Positions 1 through 13,427 of a DNA stretch of 64,000 nucleotides are shown piece by piece; the stretch's first letter is position 1, and every line of letters starts with the position of its first letter. Below the pieces are notes generated by a model, which saw only the letters and a program-made list of their open reading frames with translations, did no database searches and had not been told where the DNA came from. The stretch spans positions 11,472,238 to 11,536,237 of the forward strand of contig OZ316892.1 of the NCBI GenBank assembly GCA_973895155.1, in the 5' to 3' direction. This stretch comes from Marsupella aquatica. Lineage: Eukaryota; Plantae; Marchantiophyta. Position numbers and translations under genes: made by a program.

Positions 1-3000
1 ATCAGAGCCGGCTGCCCTCCGCTTCATGGCACTTCTTGCAAGACGGTATAAACCATCTCGAATGCACACTCTAGTGCCTAATTCCAGCTGCAAACAAATG
101 GAACACTAGTTAACACTGTCCGGTATAATTTTGTAACTGCGCAGTGGATGCCTGTTTCCTCGTAGGACTCCAATGCTTACGGCATGCAGCTCTCTGCTAT
201 TAATTCGCTACACAACTTTGAACAGCAAAGGAAAGCGTTGGAAGATCCAGGTACGGAATACATACTGCTGATACTGTAGACTTCAGTTGACATAGGACGG
301 AACCCTCCAAGCAATAATCTCCATTCTCGTTTGTTGACGGAAGGTTCCCCTCCTTTACAACAAGCCTTTGGGCGGCGTCTGGCGAATCCACCACAGGATT
401 CATAACTAGGTCAGAAGTCGACTTCGAAGGTCTTCTCGGCTGATTCGGTAGTGAATCATGACACGTCCCCACCTGCTGCTTTTGGTACGTTTGATCTACT
501 CCATCCCCATTATGAGATGCAAGCAACTGCTGCTGCTGTTGTTCGACAGCCATCCTAGCTTGCATCTGCTGACGCCACCGTAGCTTGTCCATCTTCTCTT
601 GCGGAGTCATGTTCAGACTGCTGGTTGGAGGACGGTTCGAGACATCATAAGCCCAACTGGGTCCCAACCGACTGGCCTGAGGTAGCAGTACTGGTCCCTG
701 AGAGACTGCTTGCGGAATATCAACAAACATGGATTGAGGACGCTGCATCTGCATCATGGGAACAGAAGGAGATGACATCGCAGGCAGACGGTGTACAGGG
801 TATGCTACTTGGATGTATGGAACTCCCTGAGACATTTGCAGTTGATGAGGAGCACTTATCACTCCAGGTGTTGCGGTTGGGGGGAAGTATTGGAGTGGAT
901 ATGTAGTAGCTGGCTGCAAAAGCGGTGGTCGGCCAGATATTCTCAAAGGACGAGCTTGTAATTGTCTTCCGTCGACAATCTGGGCGTTATAAGGCGGTCC
1001 GGGTGAAAGTTTTCGATAAGAAGTAATTCGCTTGAATCTGTCCTCGCTACGCTTTCGGTTTGAAGCATGCCGACGTGCTCGATGGGCCTATCCAATACGT
1101 CAGTCCATCAGATAATTAGAACAAAAGGGTGCAGAACAAGTGGCCTCAATCAACAGTGGACAAGTAGCTTTGTCGACGAGACTGGAGCTCGAGAGATGGT
1201 GAAAAGAAGGTCACGGGGACGGGGACGGAGAAAAACTTAGTTCCGCCGGGTCAACCAATCTCAGCAACTTGTTGTTGCCCATGAAACGGCACAATGAAGA
1301 TCTTGCGAGACTAACAAATGCGTCTAGAAAGGGATCAAGAACACTAGCCGGGTCAAGGACAAGATAGGAAGACTTTTAACCCAAATGTGGCATTTTGAAG
1401 GATTCCCAAGTTGGTTTCTAATAAACCTAGTCCGGACAGCGTGTATTGCCACCAATCCCCCCAAAACGGACATCCAAACTTTCATTACAATGAGGGGTAA
1501 AATCTGGACAGCGTGTATTGCCACCAATCCCCCCAAAACGGACATCCAAACTTTCATTAAATGAGGGGTAAAATTTGCTATGTTGAAACCTGACCTCGAC
1601 ACTAACTTGGCTACTAGTGGCAAGTGGTAAGCGCGCTGTCCAAAGACAAGTACCTGAGCCATGCTAACCTTTCCAGTTTTACAAGGGGAAGGCCTTGACA
1701 CTCTTGTTCCTTCAGGCGGCATATCCTTGGGCAGGACAGTCGCTCGGGCTGGCTGCCAGATGGAAAAATTGAAAAGACTCAATAAGAAGTGACAATTAAT
1801 CATAAAGGATGGGGTTTCACGAAATCCACTTGGCCCTGTATCAACACGAACTCGAGGATAAAAGGTTTCGGCTCCCAAAAGGAACTAGCCAGCTGAAGAA
1901 AAGCATGAACGGATATACAGGAGTGTCCATGGCATCTATATATACAAGAGTGGGTGCCACAATCCACCACAAACACCGGAACTAGGGCACTACTTGACAC
2001 AGAATGCTAATACAAAATCATTATACACGTCTATAAACATTTAACCTGCGTAGGCTCAAGGTCTCACTCCCACAAACAATCTTAGCACAGAGAGTAGCGT
2101 CATACTGCAGTGATCGAAACCGAAGACCTCTCAAACATGCAGGACTTCCAGAAATCCACCAGGCTTGTAAAAAATTGCAGAATACCCTCCCAGTTTTGCA
2201 GAAAAGAATATACCAAGTAAATGGCACGGGGAGAGACAAAACCTTGGTTTCGCAGGACATGTCCCTGTTGTCCGCACAATGAAGTGGGTTCAGCTGCACC
2301 GGAGTATCAACCGAGATGTTCAGAGATGTTGGATCGTCATTATTGGCAACTACATCGTCAAGCCTGTTCATCCTCAGCCCCGGCAAACAATCATCGAGCA
2401 GTACCTCCCTCTTGTCCTCCAATTCCTCAACTTCGACCTTCGCAGCAATCGATCCAGATAAGGGAGAAGACTTCTCGAACTGTATATCGCTGTCCATGGT
2501 TCCCGTCGGAGGGGAGGACGAAGATGGCCAGTCCAATACTTCGGCCCCATTTACCAATACCGGCTCAAATGAAGTGTCGTTATTTCTGAGATGCACAGAC
2601 AATACGAGAGGAGGACATGCAGGCCAGATGGTTAAGCCATTTGGGATGCACAAAATGAAGCGTATAGAGACAATAAATGACAACAATTGCGAAGATCTCA
2701 ATCCGACGAGGGGAAGTCAGAGATGCAGACCGAAATAACTTGTCCATGTCATCCAAGTTGCTTATGTTTTCCCAGCCGAGTTCGAGTAAGGTGTCGGCTT
2801 TGCTCACTACATTCTCGCTTTCAAAAATTTCGAGGCCCCCATCTTGTGAGCCAACGTCAGACACAGAGAACGGGCCACTGCCCATACTCGTATCCTCCTC
2901 GCCATTGTAAAACTGATAATCGCCTTTCATGTCCCTCAGACTCTGATGACCCTTCACAACTTCCTCACCGGTCTCATCCGTCTCTTGACTAATTGGTGGA

Positions 3001-5149
3001 TGCTCCGAGCCAAAAGCTTCAGAATCTGCAGTCCGGTCGAAAACTACTCTCCCGACTCCAGTCCACTCATCGTCTGAAGTATTTACGGCAAGGTTCGTAG
3101 TATTTCCTGGTAGCAGCGATTCAGTCGATCTCTTTTCAACCTCGGACGACAACTCTGAAGCACTGTCCACCAATTCAGTAGACACGGCGGACTCTCCTTT
3201 AACAGTCGACCCCGAAAGGCTAGATTCGCGAAAAATTCTCTTGGGGCGATCTCCATTAGGCAACCAGGAACTATTTGGCGAGCTCGGGTTGGGCACCACA
3301 TGATCTCCGTTACCCTCCCCGAACTCGTTCCATACCATATCATCGAACTGCGAAGAGAACACAATGTACAAGTAAGCGCGACAAACATCAGAATGACACC
3401 GGTATCTTGCCGACAACCACTACAGTAAGGGCCATCGCGCCTCCAATGTCACTTTCGAGTTTAGAATCTCTATCGGACTCATCACTATCGTTTCACTGAA
3501 GACATTCCGGAAATTCACCAGTGTTGTAAGACAAATTATGGGTTCGATGTGAAACCTCTTCGCAAGCATATTTTAAAGTCCTAGAATTGGAGTATGACAA
3601 CCTCATGAGAGTAGCACGAGGTAAGTGGCAAACCAACTAGGATCCTCGGAGGCGGGATTACTCGGGGAATATAGCGTCACTCCAGCCGAGAGGACGAATC
3701 CAGTTTCCAGAAGACGGACGAGCTAGGCCACTGGTCGAGATACTAGGGCAACATAGGACCTCAAAAACGAGCACATCCGTGTCCATGCAAAAACCAAGAG
3801 TGGATAGAGACGGAACCTGAGAAAGCGAAGACCAGGTCGTCAAGGAGTTATCCTCTCCATCGAAGCCCCACATTGACATTCTTCGAAAAGCTGCACCAGC
3901 AAATTTCGCTAATAGCTAGAGGTACCAATCACACCAAACTCCGTCTACCGACCATTCGTGATCAACATATCACGACCCTGAAAGCGCAACTCGGCAGCCG
4001 GATCCCTATCCAAGAGCTCAGTACCTGCTTTCTGCGGGGCTAGCTGTCCGTGTGCACACCCGCGTGAGCTGAAACAAAAGGTGAACGCTGAAACCCAAGG
4101 ACTAAGCTTACCCCATCTTTACGGATCACTGCAACCTGTGCAAGCTCAGTGAGAGCACGACAGACCCTTTCGAGGATGGTAACAACGGAACAGTAACTTG
4201 GCTGTCGCTCAGAAAATGCGAATCGATGACTTCCCAGAATTTAACTGGCACATTAGTCGTGCATTAACCTCGACAATATCTCCGCTGACGTCAATCCACG
4301 CGCTCACCGACTACACAACTTCGGATGACCATCGCAAGTAATCTAGAATGTCTGCATCGACTAATTGTTTGGAACACCAAGCCTGGCAAGTCCCACGACT
4401 TTCAAAAACTTCACTCCGCACTCGTCCCTTCCTACCGCCTGATGACACCGTTCGTGACTTTTCCCACCACTGGACCAATGTCAGACCTACTTCACCATTC
4501 AAGAATCCTCCACAGCACTTCGTGTCGCTGTCTGCAAGATGACGTAAAGCGTGATTTTTGGTCAGTCCCTTCATCTGAGCAAGCGGATTCAGAGCCAGCC
4601 AAATCTATCATCAGACGTCCATTGGCCACCCCCGGCCGCAGAGGGCCCTACGACGCGAACGCCTGACGATTTTAAAGCAGTGGTCAGCTGTAGAGCGTCA
4701 ATCCAGATAGAACATACAATCCGACGAACTGACTTGATGGGACTTGGACTTCTCGTACGTGACTCTCGCTCCTACAACTGAGAGACAGCTGCTTCGCAAA
4801 TCAGATGCTTCCCAAAAATTGCAACGACAATCTAACTCGACTTGTTAACAACGTGATCCTTACGGACAATCACGGATCAATAGAAAGCATCATTGCCCGT
4901 CCAGTGACAACAAGGGCGCAAAAGGCCGCTAGTCGATAACATGAGATAGCATGAGAAACACAGGGACTCCGGCTCAAGAGGCAAGCCGTCTCTACCATTC
5001 ACAACTGACCTCATCACAAGTAACAAATCCGCCACTTTCTATCGCGGGCCTGGCAGATACCTACGACACAATCATGGAACCACACCAATATGAATACGAA
5101 CGCAAGCAAGATTTCGCCTAGCTGACCTCCAAACCTACCTGTACTCCAT
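1..5149 (-). CDS. LNK: LNK (NIGHT LIGHT-INDUCIBLE AND CLOCK-REGULATED) family circadian transcriptional co-activator; 3' part runs off the window edge
   Basis: In-frame GT-AG exon chain: 5149-5139, 4068-4025, 3890-3817, 3347-2731, 2585-2243, 1087-266, 87-<1. It encodes the LNK motifs FDDMVWNEF..DHVVP, LGWENISNLDDMDKLFRN, MTPQEKMDKLRWRQQMQA and LELGTRVCIRDGLYRLARSA. The three small 5' exons are less certain, and ATGs at 3879/3873 are alternative starts. Confidence 0.88.
1431..1574. repeat. 72-bp tandem duplication in an LNK intron
   Basis: GGACAGCGTGTATTGCCACCAATCCCCCAAAACGGACATCCAAACTTTCATTA..ATGAGGGGTAAAAT occurs twice, with units starting at 1431 and 1503. Confidence 0.9.
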
Positions 5150-5172
5150 CGCCACGATCGTTCTCCCAACTT

Positions 5173-5328
5173 TCACTCGATCTCGGAATTTTGTTTCATC
5201 CGCGGCGACGCTGCCAACGCGCTGCTCCTCGTCACGACACCGCTGGAAAAGCATACACATGGCATCTCTTCGTTCCCCGGGCGAACTCCTTCCTGTAAAT
5301 TCTCCTCCCAACCAAAATCGTACGACAT
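5173..5328 (-). other. Candidate 51-aa upstream ORF in the LNK 5' leader
   Basis: ATG at 5328 to TGA at 5175-5173 (MSYDFGWEENLQEG...NSEIE). It stops 23 nt before the predicted LNK ATG at 5149. Confidence 0.45.
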
Positions 5329-5620
5329 CGCTCTGTCCCTGACAACAGCAGCAGCCACCCTAAGCCTGGGATCCGAGTCAATTGATCGATCACCGAGCAA
5401 ATCACGGACGCCGCAGTCCTTCTTTTCGCAGTGCGTCTCTGGTATATGGCTATGACAACAGCTGCAGTTGCCGCTGGTCGATGCAAACAACCGAACTATT
5501 GACCGAGCACGAACGATCCCACACCCGGACCTCCTCCGAATCGCTCCGCTCCACCACACTTCTCCTTACGTTCGTCGATCTGCCGCTGCGCGCGAGCTTG
5601 TGTCCTGTCGTGTCAAGGAC

Positions 5621-5792
5621 TGGAAAAGCTATGGCAAGCTATGGAAAGCCGTGGGAAAGGAAAGGCAAGGAAAGGAATGCAGGGGACTAGTGAGGAGAAA
5701 GCTATGGAAAGGAAAGCTATGGAAGGAAAAGCTATGCAGAGGGGAGTAGTGGTGAGAAAGCTATGGAAGGAAAAGGAATGCAGAGGAGTAGT
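5621..5792. repeat. Purine-rich short-unit repeat cluster (AAGCTATG x6) at the LNK promoter/TSS region
   Basis: Six AAGCTATG cores, mostly followed by GAA/GAAAGG, are interleaved with repeated ATGCAG..G..TAGTG blocks. Confidence 0.75.
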
Positions 5793-8700
5793 GACTCGGC
5801 CCGCTGTTCTGAGGCTGAGAACGAGCGGGGTCCCCTAGAGCTACAGTGCGGCCCGACTTCCTCATCCATCCATTTCCCCACATAAATATGTGTGCGCATA
5901 TACACACAGACAGACGTGTGGTCTTTTTTAATGGATACGTGGGGATCAGCTGCTGCTGGGATTTCCACTCTAAATATTAAATAAAATAATACTCTATCAG
6001 TAGGTGTTCCTGACAGGGAGGAGTGGGTAGCCCAGACTACAGTAGTAGAATCCAAGTTTAATTTTTAAAACCTGTTTTTCCTCTTTCGCCGATGTGGCTA
6101 AGGTCACTTTGTGCGAGGGCTTAGAGATGCTAGGCATATTCCTTATCTAGATTTACTAGAATAGTTTTGGATCGTTAGATGTTTTTGTAGATTTTGGGAT
6201 GAGGGTTAGATTCTGGGTAATGAGATCTGTGGCTACTGTAGGTGGGATGGTTAATGGAAGATAGACGACCTACAATAGTGAATTTAAATAAGAAAAAGTG
6301 GATAATAGTTTTTAGAGGGATTGGAATCTGGCTAATTTTAGTCACTGGAAAAAAGCTGGTAGTTCCAAAAATAAATAAGTATTAAAACTTTGGACCAAAC
6401 ATTTGAGGGGCACTGGGGCACTTTACGAGAACGCCTTTCTTCTTTTTCTAGACTCGGATTTCATCACAGCCACTAGTATAAGGTGACCAGTCATTCTAGA
6501 TTGTGGACGAGTTGTGGTGGCTGTTTCAACTCTGGTTTACTCAAGCCTACATGATAGTTTGCTGGGCCCTGGTCAGTATAGGTTGAATAGTGACCTGTAC
6601 ACTATCCCTGTGGCAAAAGTTTAGACCACCTGGCTAAGTGGTCTAAACTTTTGTGGGCGTTTCTTGGAATGCAATTGATTGCCACCCTCACATAGGCCCC
6701 TCTCAGGCCCGAAAGCCTAGATTTAAGGCTGAAAATTGCCCACTCGATTTGGTCTAGGAAAAGTCACTTTGTCCTTTTGTTTGTTCTTGTAAATGCCTTA
6801 GAGTATGTGGTGAACCTCAAACTCATTTTGTAATGTAAAGGATCTTGATGTAAACATTGACTTTTTCAATGTATACCTTTTTTAAACCTAAAGCCAAACC
6901 TAAAGAAGTATATTTTGGCGTTGCATTATTTCCTGGAATAAAAAATAATTAAGATTTCAAACATATCCTGTGTGAACCAGGATGGCACTACATTTGTCAA
7001 AAATAAGAGTGGGCAAACAAGACTGCCGCACTCAGATTATATGTAGTTAGCTGCTTCAGTGAAGTGAGGTGTTATGCTATCATAAATAAATGTGAAACCT
7101 TTATCCTAAAATTTTATTACTTTGATTCTTGCTAAAATACACCCAAAATGGAAATGAAGTGAATCTTGATTTTATTATTATTATTACAGCTATTAAGTAT
7201 ATTACCATTAAAGATGTTTGAATTTATAATATTGTCACTGTTTTTTTGTATTTATATAAATACCATTATTTTTGTATATAGTTCTCCTTGTTACCTTGGT
7301 AAACTTGTCATCTGTGTACCAAACCCTGGCATTTTTATAAATACAGGAAAATAGTGGTAGTATTGTGAATGAGAACATCTTTAGTGGCAAAGTGATTGAA
7401 AGCTTATTATTATTATTTGACTAGACCAATGCCTGTGCTTTGCCCGCTATTGTTGATAGTAGATGAACTTGAGCTGAAGTGTTGTTAAGCATAAGTAAAT
7501 TTACAAGGCAATGACACATTGTGGGGGGTCACTAAGTAGGCCTCACTGGGGGCCTCAGAACTCAATTTCAAGGAGTGTGCAAGATGTGTGGAGAGTAAAG
7601 GTTGGGCATGGAATGGGTGCACAGTGGCACTTTTACGTCCATCTCATGTTAGGAAAAGTGTTACCACAACCAAATGGCAAGGAAGGCTTCCACCCAAAAT
7701 GACATATCACAAACACATCATGAGAGAAACAAAGTGATTGCACATTAAAGTGTTTATATACACAAAAGTATGGAATTATTTCAAACATGTCTCCAACATA
7801 TTATAGATTAATTCTTCAGAATATACAAAACAATATACATGTTATCTGTTCAAATTAGTTACGAACAGTTGTTCTGGCTAGGTTTAAGCAAAGTTAGGAA
7901 AAAGTAGACTCAGAAAAGCTATTGGTTAGGAAAACTTATAATGGCCATTTACAAAAGTCTGGAAGCAAGAGAAATATTTTTAGCAATCGGGAATCAAGAA
8001 CCAAGTTACCACTACTCTAGCATCCCAAAGACAGGTGGGAACATGGGAGACCCAATAAAAAGGAAGAAACAAAGAAAATCTCCAAGAAGACTAAGAGCAT
8101 AAAGCTGGAGAGCCCCAAGAAAAGCCCCCTGCAACAGCAAACTAAAACCAAACAACCCTACAGAGTGAGCAACTAACTGAAAAGAATGGTAAAGCTCTAA
8201 GCCAAACCACACATGAGGGTCACTAAGAGGAATCTGACCAGAAATCCAACCTTAGCCGTATGAAGAGCAATAAATGCCTGAGTCCTTTTTCGAGCAACAC
8301 ACACTCGTTGTCTAATGAAGACATGGTGATAAAAAGTGGGGATAAGGTCTTCCCTCAACATAAGAGACTCCACATCCAGGAGTGGGCTGGTCACAAAAAG
8401 ACCCGGAGAAGTTCCTTGGCTACTGGGCCAACTCTTGCTCATGCTACTCTACTTTCTACCAGCGTAGTGCTATGTATCATTCTCAAAGGCTTGAATTGAT
8501 AGTAGTGTTTTGAGTACCCCACCTTTGGGTACAGGTTCCAGTTTTGAGATACTATCACAATTAATTTCACTATTCCAGACTATCCTATTCTAGGAACCAT
8601 GTTCCACTTTTGCGATCTCAACACAAATGATTCTAGACTTCCTAATAGAGTATACACACGTTCCACTTTTGAGATCCCACCACAAATGACTTCTTTTTTA

Positions 8701-9879
8701 ATCAATTAGTCTAAAACAAATTCAATCTAATTGTAAATCTTGAGATCCCAAAAATGATGCACCCATGGACAGTATATAGAAACCCTTTTTTTAGCAAATA
8801 ACATTTTATATTTGCTTTTTAGGAGGAGACATAGAGCCCTATCAACACCACACAAGGGGACAAAGCCACCCAAGCAAAAAAAAAAACAGATGGCAAAGTA
8901 ACTGTGTCAGGGAACTTTGCCCCACAAACTACACAACTAGTCAGCCATGCCACCCTAAACAGCCATTGTAGACAGGCTCCCTCAACCTCCTGGTGCTGCT
9001 TAGTTATGGTCAACAACAGGTTACCCTGAAACCTAGTTCTCAATAAGTTCTATTGGTCCAGGGTTATCTAGCAACTTTAGTCTACTCTTACTCTCAAACA
9101 AAATCTCATTCTAGTGTTAAATTATTTTGTGTTGCTTAAAAAATCCAGCACTAAAGAGACAACATGAAATTTTGTTGCTGGCATACCTATAATGTCCTGT
9201 CCATGGATGTAATATTTCTTGCTCTCACTATTTGGTCCTGTAAGCATCAACATCATCAATGTTTACTGCAATAAATTGGGTTCTTTGTAGTCTCCCTGGG
9301 CTTGAGGACAACCTGGGTTGGTCCCCGGGTTGGTCAAATGTGTGTCTGAGTTGTTTGCTCTTCTTCACATAGTGACAAATATCCAACATGATGTGTTTTT
9401 GTTTGACATAGGACATTGTTGAGTAGATGACCACTATTTATAATAGATGCCATGCACATGTGTAACATCTAGCAAACACACAAGTAGTCAACACAATAAA
9501 TACATGGTTCACTTCTCCAAAAGTTTTGTCACTTGAAACACACAAGAGAGTTTTACTAAACTTGTCAACCATACTAGTCTCCATAAACTAAGCTCTCCCT
9601 ATCTCTTAGATGATGACTCCGTAACAATGAGCCGGAGTTCCACTCCATAGTTAAGTCCTGTTATTGAATGTAGTAGAGGAACATCTAACCTTAACCAAGT
9701 ACCTAACAATTTATTACGATTAGACAACTATGGTTACACAGTAAAGTTCTCTAGACCCAAGAGTAAATGTCTAATGGACCACCCAACCCAATAACCTTCC
9801 CATGAATGGGAGTCAAAGGCTTCATTTTATTCCTGCCATATGCTACCACACATCTCCATAATCAGAACCAAAGGGCCAA

Positions 9880-10270
9880 GTTTCCTCTTGTGCAACTGAA
9901 TGGCTGAAGTGATGGCCTAATAGATGGAGCCCTTTGGGACCTGCAACATTGTTCGGTGTTGCAAGAGTTTATGGATCTCTCTCCATCTATCGGTACAGGT
10001 ATTACCGCTGGAGACATGATTCTCATTATGCTCAAAGTGGGTTTTCCACCTAGCGTGAATTCCATTATTGCTAACGCCCTAGTGCCAAGCTTTGCTGTTT
10101 GTGAAATACACATGATTGAACACCAGAGGAACAATCTCACTCAGTCTTTGGAAAGCAAAATTTCTTCCACTTTTATTGTCAACATTTACTTTGTCCCCAA
10201 CACCGGCTCAGCTTTGTTGTCTGCTTTTACTTAGCCCACACTGTGTTGGGGAAAGTTCCAATCCCATTTT
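9880..10270 (+). mobile_element. Degenerate LINE (APE-type endonuclease) remnant
   Basis: Motif relics occur in the expected order: FLLCN-[frameshift]-NG (cf. SWNVNG), SVLQEF (cf. LQET), FIVNIYFVP (cf. IVNIYAP) and LCWGKFQ (cf. GGDFN). Stops and frameshifts interrupt them. Confidence 0.4.
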
Positions 10271-11837
10271 TTACCCCTCCTCTCCCACTGCCAGCCATTG
10301 CTGCCATGCAATTGTTCCTTAGTGAGACCCACAACTAAGCTGCTTCAATTTGTTCTTAAAAATGGATGTCTGAGCATACCTGACCAACTGAGTGCTACTC
10401 AGCCATTGGCTGAGCTCCTCATCAGGGCTGGCATGAGGGATCCAGCCTCCCTGCCCTGTTGTGTCTTGAGATCCAATAGGGTCTTGATCCTCAGATTAGA
10501 GCACCATGAATCTTCTTAGATCCACACACCCCTTAAGGGGAAATCTGTGAAACCCCACAAAAAGGGAACAGTTAATCACAACATTGAGCCCAAGACCTAT
10601 AAGTATCAAGTGAGCTACCACACAACCATGTCTCTCTGGGCAAAGAGAACCTGCAATTGGTGTCTTGGAGGCACCCGAGGTACTTCCTGTCTGTTAGGTA
10701 ATTGGGGATGACATTGGATTTTTAAACATTCAAGAGAGCACAGACTACAGATGTTCTCATTCTGCTTAATTGTGAGATGTTCTCATACTTCTGAATTGTG
10801 AATCATGCAACGGGGATGGGCTTTTTAGAACTAGTCCCTATCAGGTTGCAAAATGCCATGGGAGCAGCTTGGCAAACCTAGAGGTCCATCCAGGCTTAAT
10901 TATTTCTTCAAGCCCTGATTTAAAAGCCTGGAAAGGTTATGGGCCAAGCGATTACATAGTGACTAAATTTTGAATATTTTTTGTTTTAGTTGTCTATATA
11001 TATTTTTGTCATTGCTTACTGCAATTTTTTGGGCTAACCATAGAGACAACTATGAAAGAAAAGAATAACCCAAAAAGGAATGCAATTGAGTTTAGTGGCC
11101 ATTGCATTGTGCAATATGGATTTGAAGCACAATGTGCTGGGTTTCTGATTTACGTGTAATAATTCAAAATATGACTCCCAGTCACATATTTTAGAGCAGG
11201 TAACACCTCCAATAAGGGGCAATGGGTAGTAAGCTTCACACATTTTAGAATAGGATATCCTGATGCCCATGAGCAGGTATTAAGTTGCAATCCCCTGTGG
11301 GTAGTTAGCCACAAGGGGAACCCCTTGTCAAGGATAACATGCAACACAAGACAAAGAAGATCACCAAATCCAAACTCAACATAGTAAACCTATCCATAAA
11401 CTCTGTTAACCAGAGATGGCTAGTACGTTCTTGGGTCAAAATACTGCACCAGAAAGACCTTTAAAGTTTTCACTTGACCAAAGTTTTAGGGAAGTTTGTG
11501 CAGACCAAATCTGTGCATCAAAAGTTTTGATTGCTTTTCAAACATTTGACCTTGGTTTATTAATTGAAGTCAAATGGTCAGTTAGGATCCACATTTCAAA
11601 CAAAAGGGGCATTGGTTTGAAACATAGTGGTCTAAACTGTGCAACAAAACAGGCATGAGGTTACTAACCTTACTACTAATTCGAGAACAGAAGCTACAAT
11701 TGTGGTCTAGGTTTCTAAAGTGAAGCCTCTAGCCCGAAACTCTAGGGCCACACCAAATGTACATGGATGGAGAGGAGGATGAGGCACTTTAAGGGATGTT
11801 TCTTTAGGAATTGACATGTTTCAAACTGAAAACTGTT

Positions 11838-12044
11838 CACCAAAAATGCATGAAATGATAATTACTTTCCCCAAAGGTCTTAAAGTGCTTTTGAGTTTTA
11901 CCAAAAGCACCAAATTGCACAGAATGATAATTACTTAACTGAAAGGTCTTAAAGTGCTCTTGAGTTTTACCAAAAGAACCAAAACTGCATAGAATGATAA
12001 TTACTTTACCGGAAGGTCTTAAAGTGCTCTTCAGTTCCACCAAA
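11838..12044. repeat. ~70-bp tandem repeat, 3 copies
   Basis: ACCAAA..TGCA.AGAATGATAATTACTT....GAAGGTCTTAAAGTGCT.TTGAGTTTTACCAAA-like units start at ~11838, 11908 and 11977. Confidence 0.85.
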
Positions 12045-13427
12045 AAGGGAGATTTACATCTCTGTTTTGAATAAACTCCTCACTTGTCAGACAAAAGACA
12101 AAGAAATAGTATCAATAGTGCTAATGGTCCATAAACAGTGATTCAAAGTCGTCCTCAAAGTTGCATGAGAAGGTTTTAGGCATCTCACAGCGCTGATTCG
12201 AAAACAGAGTTTATGCACAGTTGTTCTTTTTCCAATTTAGATAACTTTTTGGTCTCGAATGAAGGGCTGACAAGGAAAAGAACCAAATTAGCTTCTCCGA
12301 AACCATGTTTGAACAGAAGTCCTATCACTCCCCATCATCTCAATCTGTTAGCCGGTACCAAGGACTTCTCAACAAGCACGGTATTGGCATTTGACTATGG
12401 TGTTCTGTGCAGACGGCATGCAGCTTACACAAAGCACTCGATAAAACCGAGAGGAAACTTTGAAACATGAGTGCATACCCAGTCTTTTCAGTTGGTAAGA
12501 AGTCCATACAAAGTCACGTAAATGATTATTGCATTTCAAGAGTACTCACCCAACTCATATCTGGACGTTAATAGTCCAGCATCACAATCAGAATTTGTAG
12601 TACCTGAGGTCTTTTCCAGTGTCCTTACATCTCTGAAATGACCTGCTTACTGACAGTGAGAATTTCCGTGGAAACATCGTTTGGAGCGCAAAATTCTCCT
12701 CGAGTCTAATCAGGTATTTGTGGCATGCATGAATGAAGAGTGCTGTTTCGGTTATTACAACATAGACAAGCTCCACTTTCATGCAAGCTCGCAGATCGCA
12801 AGTGTGAAGAACTCACTCAAACATCGACCTCAGTAGAAAATTGTGAAATCTCCGTTGTGACTGAATATTTGAACCTTTCTGTTCCGCGTGGAAGTTTCTC
12901 TGCTTCGATTGCCACCTGAAACCAGTTGGTTACTGTCAACGTACGCAGATGTTGGTGTGTCAGTGTTGGCTTACTAACCACTTTCCATGGGCCGCTGACA
13001 GGCTTGGCCTCTTTTCTCATCTTAATCCCAATATGTGTTCCGTTTCTATGCAGGCCTCCTTTCGAGCTGCAGATTTCAGTTTAATGCGAAGCAAGTAGTA
13101 ATGGAGTTCAAAATTAAGGTTCTTACGCAAGATCAAACCGTGACCTTAGCTGCTGCAGGCAGAGGATAGTGCAGTAGCCTTGGGTTGGAAGCTCACACCT
13201 GAAGAAGTCAATGAACTCTCACGACTTGGAAAGTTGGGCAAAACCCACCAAGTTTTGGCGTCATGGATGAATAAGAAATTTTGTTTTATTTAGTGAACCT
13301 TTTCAATGGAGGTATGCACGTTGTAAACGCTCACAGTAAGAGCAACAAATGACTGCAGAAATGCAGAAATGAACTACTGATGCCCTAGTGTGCACCACTC
13401 TATCCCTATATACAACAGACACGAGGA

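Noticed and set aside
1324-1878. 184-aa ORF with an internal peptide repeat
   Set aside because: It lies in an LNK intron and starts at a non-ATG codon. The repeat reflects the 72-bp DNA duplication.
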